Source: an uncultured Muribaculaceae bacterium
GTDB lineage: Bacteria; Bacteroidota; Bacteroidia; Bacteroidales; Muribaculaceae
NCBI GenBank assembly: GCA_910577355.1
Contig: CAJTMY010000005.1
Location: 25,095-89,094, forward strand
DNA length: 64,000 bases
Direction of reading: 5' to 3'
The notes beneath the pieces are model-generated. The model worked only from the letters and a program-made list of their open reading frames with translations. It ran no database searches and had not been told where the DNA came from. The first letter of the stretch is position 1. Every line of letters starts with the position of its first letter. Positions 1-8,273 of this stretch are shown one piece after another. The position numbers and the translations under genes were made by a program.

Positions 1-701
1 TGTACTTTCCGTCATGCATCAACCGTACCATGGGTGTGACGCGCGAAAAAGGAAAGGCAATCGCGCCATTGGTGGATACAATGATAAATCTTTGCCACAA
101 GGCCGGCTATGAGGTGATATTCCCCAAGGGTATGAAGCATCTGTGCTGCGGCATGATATGGGAGAGCAAAGGCATGCCCAAGGTAGGCGATGAAATGCTG
201 GAGAAACTCGAGAAAGCTCTACTCGAAGCGTCGGAAAACGGCAAATATCCAGTGATGTGTGACCAAAGCCCCTGTCTGCACCGCATGCGCGAACATATCA
301 AGAGCATGAAGCTGTACGAGCCCGCCGAATTCATTTCAGTATTTCTTGCCCCTCATCTTGAATTCACGCCCACCGACGAGACTGTGGCCATACATGTCAC
401 ATGCTCGTCGCGCCGAATGGGCCTGGCTCCGGTAATAGTGGGCCTTGCAAGCAAATGCTCCACAAATGTGGTGGTTCCGGCCGAGATAGGCTGCTGTGGC
501 TTTGCCGGCGACAAGGGATTCAACGTGCCTGAACTGAACAAGTGGGCTCTCCGCAAATTACGCCCGGCCATCGAGGCTGCCGGTGTCACATCCGGCTACT
601 CCAATTCGCGTACCTGCGAGATAGGGCTTACCTACAACAGTGGCGTGTCATACAAATCCATAGCATATCTGGTGGACTCCTGCACCAGATCCAAAGAATA
701 G
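1..701 (+). CDS. FAD-linked oxidase / (Fe-S)-binding oxidoreductase, C-terminal CCG-domain part (glycolate/D-lactate dehydrogenase-like); 5' end lies outside the window
   Basis: The frame is open from nt 3 (YFPSCINRT-MGVT...), so the listed Met at 30 is internal. Two cysteine-rich CCG motifs (HLCCGMIW, EIGCCGFAGDKG) are typical of the C-terminal module of these flavoenzymes. Confidence 0.65.
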   Translation, partial: YFPSCINRTMGVTREKGKAIAPLVDTMINLCHKAGYEVIFPKGMKHLCCGMIWESKGMPKVGDEMLEKLEKALLEASENGKYPVMCDQSPCLHRMREHIKSMKLYEPAEFISVFLAPHLEFTPTDETVAIHVTCSSRRMGLAPVIVGLASKCSTNVVVPAEIGCCGFAGDKGFNVPELNKWALRKLRPAIEAAGVTSGYSNSRTCEIGLTYNSGVSYKSIAYLVDSCTRSKE

Positions 702-754
702 ACTTCCGATACAAACCAATCAAAATCACAAAATCATATTCCTGAATCTATAAA

Positions 755-1945
755 ATGACCGAAGCAACCAATCACGCGAATAAACCTCGTCCCAGGCGAC
801 TGCTTGCACTCGACATTCTGCGGGGCATCACCATAGCCGGAATGATCCTTGTCAACAATCCCGGCTCGTGGGGTAGTATATATGCTCCGCTGCGCCATGC
901 CTCATGGAACGGACTCACGCCTACCGATCTTGTGTTTCCGTTCTTCATGTTCATCATGGGCATATCGACATTCTTCTCGCTAAAGAAGTTTGATTTCAGA
1001 CTCACCGGACCGACATTGTGGAAAATAGTGCGCCGTACGGTGGTGATATTCCTCATAGGCATGTTCATAGCATGGTTCGGCCTATTTCTGCGGGGTATTC
1101 TCAACGAGAAGACCTTGTTTGAGGCCGTATTCACCTTCGACCATATACGCATACTCGGCGTGATGCCGCGTCTGGCCATATGCTACGGTGTGGGTTCGAT
1201 ATGTGCGTTGCTTCTCAAGCGGCAGGCTTTGCTGTGGTTTGTGGGCGGCCTGCTGGTTATATACAGTATAATGCTGATATTCGGCAACGGATACGAGTTT
1301 TCCGACAGCAACATCATCTCGATAGTCGACCATAAGGTGCTCGGCCCCGACCATATGTATGCCGACACCATCGACGGCGTACGTCTGAAATTCGATCCTG
1401 AAGGATTGCTCAGTACCCTCCCGTCGATAGCCCACATGCTCATAGGCTTCATATGCGGCGGTCTCATCACATCCACGTCCGATAATTCGGAGCGCATCAA
1501 CCGTCTCTTCATCGTCGGCACCATCCTCACGTTTGCCGGCTTCCTGCTCAGCTACGGTCTGCCTATAAACAAGAAGATATGGTCGCCAACGTTTGTGCTC
1601 ACCACATGCGGTCTGGCATCGAGTTTCCTCGGTCTGCTGATATGGATCATCGACATACGCGGCCATAAACGCTGGTGCCGGTTTTTCGAGGCCTTCGGCA
1701 TCAACCCCTTGTTCATGTACTGCCTCGGCGCCATATTGTCGATAGTGTTCGGTGCCGTACGCATTCCGTGGAGCGAGGCCTCCTCGGGCATGATATCGAT
1801 ATCGGGCTACGTATATCGCGGCATTCTTATGCCTATGTGCGGCGACGCGACTCTCGCCTCGCTGTGCTTCGCCATAATATTCGTGTTAATCAACTGGCTT
1901 ATCGGCCTTATACTTTACAAAAAGAAAATATATATAAAGATATGA
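755..1945 (+). CDS. Multi-pass membrane protein of the HGSNAT-like / DUF5009-DUF1624 family (heparan-alpha-glucosaminide N-acetyltransferase-like); occupies the transporter position of a MurNAc salvage locus
   Basis: N-terminal LALDILRGITIAGMILVNNPGSWG signature followed by about 10 hydrophobic helices. Its stop overlaps the next gene's start (ATGA at 1942-1945). Confidence 0.7.
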   Translation: MTEATNHANKPRPRRLLALDILRGITIAGMILVNNPGSWGSIYAPLRHASWNGLTPTDLVFPFFMFIMGISTFFSLKKFDFRLTGPTLWKIVRRTVVIFLIGMFIAWFGLFLRGILNEKTLFEAVFTFDHIRILGVMPRLAICYGVGSICALLLKRQALLWFVGGLLVIYSIMLIFGNGYEFSDSNIISIVDHKVLGPDHMYADTIDGVRLKFDPEGLLSTLPSIAHMLIGFICGGLITSTSDNSERINRLFIVGTILTFAGFLLSYGLPINKKIWSPTFVLTTCGLASSFLGLLIWIIDIRGHKRWCRFFEAFGINPLFMYCLGAILSIVFGAVRIPWSEASSGMISISGYVYRGILMPMCGDATLASLCFAIIFVLINWLIGLILYKKKIYIKI

Positions 1946-2784
1946 TACTTGTAGCAGACTGTGGCAGCACCAAGATCGACTGGTGTCTGCTCGACAATGG
2001 AAAAGTGGTGAAACAGGTATTCACCCTCGGCATGAACGCCGTGATGCTCACCGAAGAGGAAATGCGCCAGCGTCTGGCCGACGAACTCGCTCCCGAGATA
2101 GACGGTTATCCCGTGGCCGAAGTTTACTTCTACGGTGCCGGCTGCATCTCTCCGGAAGTATGCGGCAACGTGGCCAACGCCATCCGTGCCAACATTCCCT
2201 CGGCCACAGCCGTCGAGGTACATACCGATCTACTCGCGGCAGCCCGAGCCCTATGCGGTCGCTCGGCAGGCATAGCCTGCATCATGGGCACCGGTTCCAA
2301 CTCGTGCTATTACGACGGCGAGAAGATAGTCGACAACGTGTCGCCCCTCGGATTCATTCTCGGCGACGAAGGCTCCGGCGCTGTCCTCGGCAAGATAATG
2401 CTCGGCGATATCCTCAAGAACCAGCTGCCCGCCGACCTGTGCGAGAAATTCCTCAAGCAGTACGACCTCGACCGTCTCACCATCATACGTCGCGTGTACA
2501 AGGAGCCGCAGGGCAACCGTTTCCTCGCGTCCGTGACTCCATTCCTAAAGGAAAATCTCGACCGTCCCGAGATACACGCTCTGGTTCTCAACGCTTTCAA
2601 GGCATTCTTTGTGCGCAACATCGCACAATATCCCCGTTATAAAGAACTTGATGTGAACTTCATCGGCTCCATCGCATACTACTACCGCGACGTGCTCGAA
2701 GAGGCAGCAATGGAATGTGGCTGCCGCATAGGCTCTATCATCAAGTCGCCTATGGAAGGCCTTATAAAATTCCACACCGCATAA
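1942..2784 (+). CDS. BadF/BadG/BcrA/BcrD-type ATPase sugar kinase (GlcNAc/MurNAc kinase-like, MurK-like)
   Basis: MILVADCGSTKIDW, IMGTGSN and GDEGSGA actin-fold ATPase motifs. I chose the internal Met at 1942 (ATGA overlap with the upstream stop) instead of the 369-aa ORF-track start at 1675, which overlaps the preceding gene. Confidence 0.8.
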   Translation: MILVADCGSTKIDWCLLDNGKVVKQVFTLGMNAVMLTEEEMRQRLADELAPEIDGYPVAEVYFYGAGCISPEVCGNVANAIRANIPSATAVEVHTDLLAAARALCGRSAGIACIMGTGSNSCYYDGEKIVDNVSPLGFILGDEGSGAVLGKIMLGDILKNQLPADLCEKFLKQYDLDRLTIIRRVYKEPQGNRFLASVTPFLKENLDRPEIHALVLNAFKAFFVRNIAQYPRYKELDVNFIGSIAYYYRDVLEEAAMECGCRIGSIIKSPMEGLIKFHTA

Positions 2785-2805
2785 CAACAATCCAATCATA
2801 ATCAC

Positions 2806-3633
2806 ATGGCATTTGTCAAGATAAGCGAGCAGTCGTCGCTCTACAACGACCTCGAGAAGAAATCCGTAGGCGAGATCCTGCGCGACATCAATACCGAAGA
2901 CAAGAAGGTCGCCCTCGCGGTAGAGAAGGCGATCCCTCAGATAGAGAAACTCGTCACCGAGATCGTGGCCCGCATGAAACGCGGCGGCCGCATCTTCTAC
3001 ATCGGTGCCGGAACATCGGGCCGTCTCGGCGTCCTTGACGCCTCGGAGATCCCTCCGACTTTCGGCATGGATCCCTCATGGGTGATAGGTCTTATAGCCG
3101 GCGGCGACACCGCCCTGCGCAACGCCGTCGAGAACGCCGAGGACGACACACATCAGGCATGGAAAGACCTCCAGCCATACAGCATCAACGAGAAGGACAC
3201 CGTGATAGGCATCGCCGCCTCCGGCACAACACCCTATGTGATCGGCGGTATCAAGGATTGCCGCGAGCACGGCATACTTACCGCTTCCATTTCCTCAAAC
3301 CCCGACTCTCCCGTGGGCGAAGCGGCCGATATAGCCATCGAGATGGTGGTAGGCCCGGAATATGTCACCGGCTCGTCGCGTATGAAATCAGGTACAGGCC
3401 AGAAGATGATCTGCAATATGATAACCACTGCCACCATGATACAGATGGGACGTGTCAAGGGCAACAAGATGGTGAACATGCAGCTTACCAACGCCAAGCT
3501 CGTCGACCGCGGCACCCGTATGGTGATGGACGAACTCGGCCTCAGCTACGACCAGGCCAAGCGCCTGCTCCTTTTCCATGGCTCGGTGAAAAACGCCGTA
3601 GACGCATACCGCAGCGAAGAACACAAGCAATGA
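2806..3633 (+). CDS. murQ: N-acetylmuramic acid 6-phosphate etherase
   Basis: SIS-domain protein of 275 aa with the typical MurQ segments GGRIFYIGAGTSGRLGVLDASEIPPTF, AASGTTPYV and TGSSRMKSGTGQKM. Confidence 0.93.
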   Translation: MAFVKISEQSSLYNDLEKKSVGEILRDINTEDKKVALAVEKAIPQIEKLVTEIVARMKRGGRIFYIGAGTSGRLGVLDASEIPPTFGMDPSWVIGLIAGGDTALRNAVENAEDDTHQAWKDLQPYSINEKDTVIGIAASGTTPYVIGGIKDCREHGILTASISSNPDSPVGEAADIAIEMVVGPEYVTGSSRMKSGTGQKMICNMITTATMIQMGRVKGNKMVNMQLTNAKLVDRGTRMVMDELGLSYDQAKRLLLFHGSVKNAVDAYRSEEHKQ

Positions 3634-4304
3634 AACACACACTTCTAATAGCAATGGCAGCCTTGATGGCTGCCTTTGCCGCTTTTTCTCAGGAAACCAA
3701 GGCAAAGCCCAAATACACCGAACTCTACTATCAGCGTGCGTCGCTTTTCGATGCACTCGGTGTTGACTCCACCGACATAGTTTTTCTCGGCAACAGCCTC
3801 ACACACGGCTGTGAGTGGCACGAGTTGCTCGATATGCCCAATGTGGTGAACCGAGGTATCAACGGCGATATTGTCGAGGGCATACGCGAGCGCATAGCAT
3901 CGGTGGTCGACGGTCATCCAGCCAAGATATTCCTGATGGTGGGAGCCAACGATGTGAGCCACGACCTCACGGCCGACTCGATTGTGACAGCCGTAACCGC
4001 CCTTATCGATTATATCACCGAGGCAACACCATCCACCCGCCTGTATGTGCAGTCGATGCTGCCCATCAACAACTCCTTCGGCCGCTACCGCCTCATGAAA
4101 GACAAGGAACAGGTGATACGCGATATCAACGCAAAACTCGAGCCCGAAGTGCGTCGCCGCGGCCTCACGTGGGTCAACCTGCACCCGGCCTTCTGCGACG
4201 CCGACGGCAACCTGCGTGCCGACTTCACCAACGACGGCCTGCACCTCCTCGCTCCCGGCTACTTGGTGTGGCGCGACATCGTGCTCCCATATGTGAAGGA
4301 ATAG
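3630..4304 (+). CDS. Secreted GDSL/SGNH-family esterase (acylhydrolase)
   Basis: Signal peptide MKHTLLIAMAALMAAFAAFS. SGNH blocks are present: FLGNSLT (block I), GANDV (block III) and DGLHL (block V). The start at 3630 overlaps the murQ stop (ATGA). The 408-aa ORF-track version (3078) runs through murQ in another frame. Confidence 0.8.
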   Translation: MKHTLLIAMAALMAAFAAFSQETKAKPKYTELYYQRASLFDALGVDSTDIVFLGNSLTHGCEWHELLDMPNVVNRGINGDIVEGIRERIASVVDGHPAKIFLMVGANDVSHDLTADSIVTAVTALIDYITEATPSTRLYVQSMLPINNSFGRYRLMKDKEQVIRDINAKLEPEVRRRGLTWVNLHPAFCDADGNLRADFTNDGLHLLAPGYLVWRDIVLPYVKE

Positions 4305-4318
4305 ATCTCATACGCCCG

Positions 4319-4364
4319 AAAATGAATTTGGCCTGACAGCTCGCTGGCAGGCCAAATTCATTTT
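4319..4364. terminator. Bidirectional intrinsic terminator between convergent genes
   Basis: Perfect 17-bp inverted repeat aaaatgaatttggcctg (4319-4335) / caggccaaattcatttt (4348-4364) with a 12-nt loop. A/T runs flank both sides. Confidence 0.8.
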
Positions 4365-4379
4365 ATATGGTAGAGAGTT

Positions 4380-4676
4380 TTATTCCACGTTGAGTATCTT
4401 GCCCGTGGCGTTGAAGTAGGAGGCGGTGAGGTGATAGATGTCGGGGGCGGAGTATTGCTCCATGAGCCTGTCGACGTCGGCTTCCTTCACGTTCTCGAAT
4501 TCGCCGTTTCTGTAGGCTGTCTCGATGGCTTCGGCATCCGATTCGAAAGCCTCGGGACTCATCCACGACTGGTATTCGACTGAATTGCGGCGTTCTTCGG
4601 CCTTGTCGATGGCGTGGCCGGCACGGCGGTAATTGTCGACGATATGTCGTACTATTTTTTCGGTGGAAGGTTTCAT
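4380..4676 (-). CDS. Small acidic hypothetical protein (98 aa)
   Basis: The ORF sits 7 nt downstream of the lipoprotein gene. I took Met MKPSTEKIV as the start because the longer 131-aa form overlaps the upstream gene. No motif recognised. Confidence 0.45.
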   Translation of the reverse strand: MKPSTEKIVRHIVDNYRRAGHAIDKAEERRNSVEYQSWMSPEAFESDAEAIETAYRNGEFENVKEADVDRLMEQYSAPDIYHLTASYFNATGKILNVE

Positions 4677-4683
4677 GCAAATG

Positions 4684-5169
4684 TTATTTTGATGGGTCGG
4701 TATCACGGAAGGTGGGATTGCCGGGGGCTGTTGCGGTTCCGTTGCCGGGCATCTGGTCGGCCGAGGACACAACAACTACTGTATAGGAAAGCACGGCGAA
4801 CGCAGGAGCTTTGTCAACGGCATATACAGGACATGTGATCTCGAGCAGATGTTTTCCCAACTCATAATCCTGTGGAATAACTATGTTGTATCCGTAAGGC
4901 TTCTCGACGCTCTGTCCCAGGAAGCTGTAATCCCAATAGTAATTGGCATATGGAATCAATGCGCCCTTGCCTTGTTCCTGATTCACGACGGTAATGCCGT
5001 CGATCGTGAGATCGGTACCGGCCACAACATAGATCTGGCCGTCGGAATATTCACCCCCGCTGATCTGGAGGCTGAAATCCACATTTGGGATGTCATCGTC
5101 ATCATCGTGGCAGGAAGAGAAGCCCAGAACGGGTAGGGCGCATACAAGCAGGTAAAGTAACTTTTTCAT
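4684..5169 (-). CDS. Lipoprotein, unknown function (probably surface-exposed)
   Basis: Signal peptide plus lipobox (LGFSSC) followed by an acidic run CHDDDDD, which resembles the Bacteroidota lipoprotein surface-export signal. Confidence 0.6.
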   Translation of the reverse strand: MKKLLYLLVCALPVLGFSSCHDDDDDIPNVDFSLQISGGEYSDGQIYVVAGTDLTIDGITVVNQEQGKGALIPYANYYWDYSFLGQSVEKPYGYNIVIPQDYELGKHLLEITCPVYAVDKAPAFAVLSYTVVVVSSADQMPGNGTATAPGNPTFRDTDPSK

Positions 5170-5341
5170 TTCTTTGGTAATGTATATTTATTAATCGGAT
5201 AACTATCAATATAACCGTCGAAAGTATATAAAGTTTGCAAAGTAAAGCCGGCAGGTGTGTAAAAACAGGCCGATGTAGATAAAAAATTGAAAAATAAGGC
5301 AAAAAAAGAGACTAAAACTTGTCGGGGTCAGAAAAAAATCG

Positions 5342-5349
5342 TTACTTTG
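5342..5349 (+). promoter_or_regulatory. Candidate -7 promoter box (near-consensus TtACTTTG) upstream of rpmB
   Basis: One mismatch to the Bacteroidota TAnnTTTG box, about 125 nt upstream of the rpmB ATG. Confidence 0.3.
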
Positions 5350-5474
5350 CACTCTGTTTTGTGGCTCATCCTTGAAAACCCTTAAGAAGATGCACTTTGG
5401 GGTGATATGAGACCTGCGATTGGCGCCACCGACAACAATTAAACAAAGAAAACAAAAGATAAACCGTTAAAGCC

Positions 5475-5738
5475 ATGTCAAAGATTTGTCAGATCACAGG
5501 CAAAAAAGCGATGGTGGGTAACAATGTATCGCACTCAAAGCGTCGCACCAAACGCAAATTCAACGTAAACCTCTTCAACAAGAAGTTCTACTGGGTTGAA
5601 CAGGGCATCTGGATTTCTCTTACGATTTCTGCTGCCGGCCTTCGCACCATCAACAAACTCGGCCTTAATGCCGCCATGATTCAGGCTGCCGAGAAGGGAT
5701 ACCTCAAAGACAGTGATATTAAATTTTTAGGATTCTAA
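5475..5738 (+). CDS. rpmB: 50S ribosomal protein L28
   Basis: [33 protein letters not shown] is a canonical L28 N-terminus. Confidence 0.95.
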   Translation: MSKICQITGKKAMVGNNVSHSKRRTKRKFNVNLFNKKFYWVEQGIWISLTISAAGLRTINKLGLNAAMIQAAEKGYLKDSDIKFLGF

Positions 5739-5744
5739 GCAACT

Positions 5745-5933
5745 ATGGCAAAGAAAGCTAAAGGTAACCGCGTACAGGTTATTCTCGAATGCACCGAACA
5801 CAAGGCCAGCGGTATGCCCGGTACATCGCGTTACATCACTACCAAAAACCGCAAAAACACCACCGAACGTCTTGAGCTCAAGAAATACAACCCCATCCTC
5901 AAGCGTGTAACAGTTCATAAAGAAATCAAATAA
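5745..5933 (+). CDS. rpmG: 50S ribosomal protein L33
   Basis: 62 aa: [20 protein letters not shown]...[22 protein letters not shown]. Confidence 0.95.
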   Translation: MAKKAKGNRVQVILECTEHKASGMPGTSRYITTKNRKNTTERLELKKYNPILKRVTVHKEIK

Positions 5934-5947
5934 CCACACACTGAGAT

Positions 5948-6097
5948 ATGGCAAAGAAAACCGTCGCATCACTGCAGAAGGGCGAAGGCCGCACCTATTC
6001 GAAGGTTATCAAAATGGTGAAGTCGCCCAAAACAGGAGCTTATGTATTCAAGGAAGAAATGGTCCCCAACGACGCCGTCAAGGACGCGCTGAAGTAA
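5948..6097 (+). CDS. DUF4295-family small protein (49 aa)
   Basis: Not in the ORF track (under 60 aa). I translated it manually: MAKKTVASLQKGEGRTYSKVIKMVKSPKTGAYVFKEEMVPNDAVKDALK. It sits directly after rpmB-rpmG, as in other Bacteroidota. Confidence 0.8.
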   Translation: MAKKTVASLQKGEGRTYSKVIKMVKSPKTGAYVFKEEMVPNDAVKDALK

Positions 6098-6119
6098 ATC
6101 CACGCAATCAATGATATCC

Positions 6120-6148
6120 AAGGCTCGGACTGTCAAAGTCCGGGCCTT
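6120..6148. terminator. Intrinsic terminator between convergent genes
   Basis: 12-bp stem aaggctcggact / agtccgggcctt (one G-U pair) with a 5-nt loop, followed by gatttgtatgattt. Confidence 0.6.
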
Positions 6149-6160
6149 GATTTGTATGAT

Positions 6161-7141
6161 TTATCGGTATTTGTCCGGTACGAAGATGTCGGTGTGGTGC
6201 GGTACGGCTTTCAGCCCGGCCTTGTTGGCCTTTATTTTGTGTGGCCGACGCCCCGTGGCGATGTATTCGAGAATAGCGATGCGGTCGGCCACAGTAGGAT
6301 AATCCTTGCCATATCCGGCAGTCGCGTCCAGATCATGCCCCACCCGGCGCAAGGCGTCTATGTAGGCGTGTCCGTTGCCGTCGAGCTGCATGTAACGGTA
6401 GCCTATTATGTCGGCTTGGATCACTTGATCGGGCGTGTATGTGAGTCTGTGGCGATGTGGTGTATCTGATATGCCTATCATTACGGCTGTCGTGATGCCG
6501 AGCTCGGCCGGAAAGGCTCCGTCTGTGGCCTGATCTGCTATTATGGATGCTCCGGCGAGAGCCGTCGCTCCGAAGATTTTCCAGAATCTGAGCCTTCGGG
6601 CGCGCTTTTTCTCGGCCTTTGCATGCGCGTAGGCATGTTGCAATGCATAGTGTGCCTCCTCGGCTGCGAGAAGTGCCTGTATGGCCAGTGAATCGCCGTC
6701 AACGGTGTCGTGCAGCGCGCCGGTCATGAATATATAGCCGTTAGGGTAGCCGAATGTAGAGATGTCTTGCTCGTCTGTTATCGTGAGTGTGGCGAGCGGA
6801 TTTATGTGCCTTATGCCCGAGGCTTCCACCATATGCTCACATTGTCTATAAGTCTCGCTGCGTACGGGTACGGCGGCAAAATACGCTTCGCTTTCGGCAA
6901 GAGTATGCATAAGGTTTCGCTTGATGTCACGGTCTCCGCCACCACGCAGAGATCTAACGGTTTTGCGGTATGACTTGTCGGTCATCTGTAACAGTTTCCA
7001 GAACTGCGCCCGCGACGGTGCGTTCATCACGGTGTCGGCAACGTCGAGCCGTTGCAGGGTCTCTATTATCTGTTTTTCGGTAATGCGTGCCGATGCGGCG
7101 AGACCGTACGCTATGACAAACAGTGCGAGAATGCGTTTCAT
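6161..7141 (-). CDS. Secreted M48-peptidase-like protein with a degenerate zinc motif (EEAH instead of HExxH)
   Basis: Signal peptide MKRILALFVIAYGLAASA. The segment FGYPNGYIFMTGAL...LAIQALLAAEEAHYALQH parallels the M48 pattern NAFA-PGG-I...LAHExxHxxxxH. Later segments QADIIGYRYM and DYPTVADRIAILE resemble the M48 E-AD-G and HP-x4-RI-x2-L segments. The start was moved to 7141 because the 372-aa form overlaps the M23 gene. Confidence 0.5.
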   Translation of the reverse strand: MKRILALFVIAYGLAASARITEKQIIETLQRLDVADTVMNAPSRAQFWKLLQMTDKSYRKTVRSLRGGGDRDIKRNLMHTLAESEAYFAAVPVRSETYRQCEHMVEASGIRHINPLATLTITDEQDISTFGYPNGYIFMTGALHDTVDGDSLAIQALLAAEEAHYALQHAYAHAKAEKKRARRLRFWKIFGATALAGASIIADQATDGAFPAELGITTAVMIGISDTPHRHRLTYTPDQVIQADIIGYRYMQLDGNGHAYIDALRRVGHDLDATAGYGKDYPTVADRIAILEYIATGRRPHKIKANKAGLKAVPHHTDIFVPDKYR

Positions 7142-7212
7142 CCGTAATAATGAAAAAGTGCCCGAATGGCATTGCCTGCGGGCACTGTATGCTATGCTTG
7201 ATATTTTTTGTG

Positions 7213-8199
7213 TTATCTTACGCGGAGTTTCTGTCCGGGTTTTATCTTGGCTGAACTCTTTATGCCGTTGAGCCGGCATATTGCTGCTACCGATGTGCCG
7301 TTGCGTGATGCGATACGGCTCAGAGAGTCGCCCTTGCGTACTGTGACTGTGCTTGTCCCCCCTGATTTGCCTTTGGATGCAGTCGACTTTTTGTTGCCGT
7401 ACTCCACCTTGTGGGTTGCACGGTATTGTGCGGCATATGCGGCGTTGGCCTCGGGTGAGAAATTGCGGGCGTTCTGATATGTGTTTTTGTCGAATGTGTA
7501 ATAATCGGTGTGGGTTGTCTGATTGGCGAAATCGAATATTGCGGCCGGATTGATGGCGTAGCCCATATATCTGGTCTCGAAGTGTAGGTGGGATCCGAAC
7601 GAGCGACCTGTATTGCCTGCAAGGGCTATGGGATCGCCGGCGCGCACATATTGGTCGGGCTCGACGAGGAATTTGGACAGGTGACCGTATACGGTCTCGA
7701 GGTCGTTGGTGTGGCGGAGCACCACATAATAGCCGTAGCCGCGGCGCTCATATTTGGTGAGACGCACCTTGCCGTCGAATGCCGCGCGTATGGTATCGCC
7801 GGTATTGGCCTTGAGGTCTATACCCTTGTGCATGCGGCGGAAACGGCGGCGGTAGCCGTATGGCGAGGTCACATAGCCCGGGTGGGGCATGCAGAATTTT
7901 GTAACGTCGATCACGGCTGTATTCGGCACGGTGGCGTTCTTGTAGCAGTTTACAAATCCACTTTCCCAGCCTTCGGTGTAGATGTCGAATTCAGGTTCTT
8001 CCTCTTCGGCAAATAATGCTTCAAGATACTTGGTGGTATTGTCCACTTCCATGCTGCTGTGGTTCTGGCTGGCTATAAGGTCGCCGTGCTGTTGGGTATG
8101 CTGGCCTGGCAACCGGTATGATTGGGCTGCGACGGTGCCGGACAGCATCATTGCCATTGCAAAGGAAGTGATGATTGTAAGCTTGTGAGAGAGTTTCAT
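7213..8199 (-). CDS. M23-family (LytM-type) peptidoglycan endopeptidase with C-terminal LysM domain
   Basis: HKGIDLKANTGDTIRAAFDG...GNTGRSFGSHLHFE (HxxxD / HxH motifs). C-terminal LysM segment VTVRKGDSLSRIASRNGTSVAAICRLNGI. Signal-peptide start MKLSHKLTIITSF at 8199. Confidence 0.88.
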   Translation of the reverse strand: MKLSHKLTIITSFAMAMMLSGTVAAQSYRLPGQHTQQHGDLIASQNHSSMEVDNTTKYLEALFAEEEEPEFDIYTEGWESGFVNCYKNATVPNTAVIDVTKFCMPHPGYVTSPYGYRRRFRRMHKGIDLKANTGDTIRAAFDGKVRLTKYERRGYGYYVVLRHTNDLETVYGHLSKFLVEPDQYVRAGDPIALAGNTGRSFGSHLHFETRYMGYAINPAAIFDFANQTTHTDYYTFDKNTYQNARNFSPEANAAYAAQYRATHKVEYGNKKSTASKGKSGGTSTVTVRKGDSLSRIASRNGTSVAAICRLNGIKSSAKIKPGQKLRVR

Positions 8200-8273
8200 T
8201 GTTTTCTGCTGGTCTTGTTTTGAGGAGAGGGCTGTGGGCAATATCTTGCCACAGAGCCTGATTGGTGTTTTTT

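Noticed and set aside
1675-2784. N-terminally extended versions of ORFs in the track: 1675 (kinase), 3078 (esterase), 6161-7279, 7213-8241, 17560 (atpB), 44188-44715, 47956-49494, 51431-52651 and 58753 (manA).
   Set aside because: The extensions overlap the upstream gene or a terminator hairpin and read as Arg/Pro/His-rich noise. Internal Met codons give canonical N-termini (signal peptides, ATGA coupling or known family starts), so I used those.
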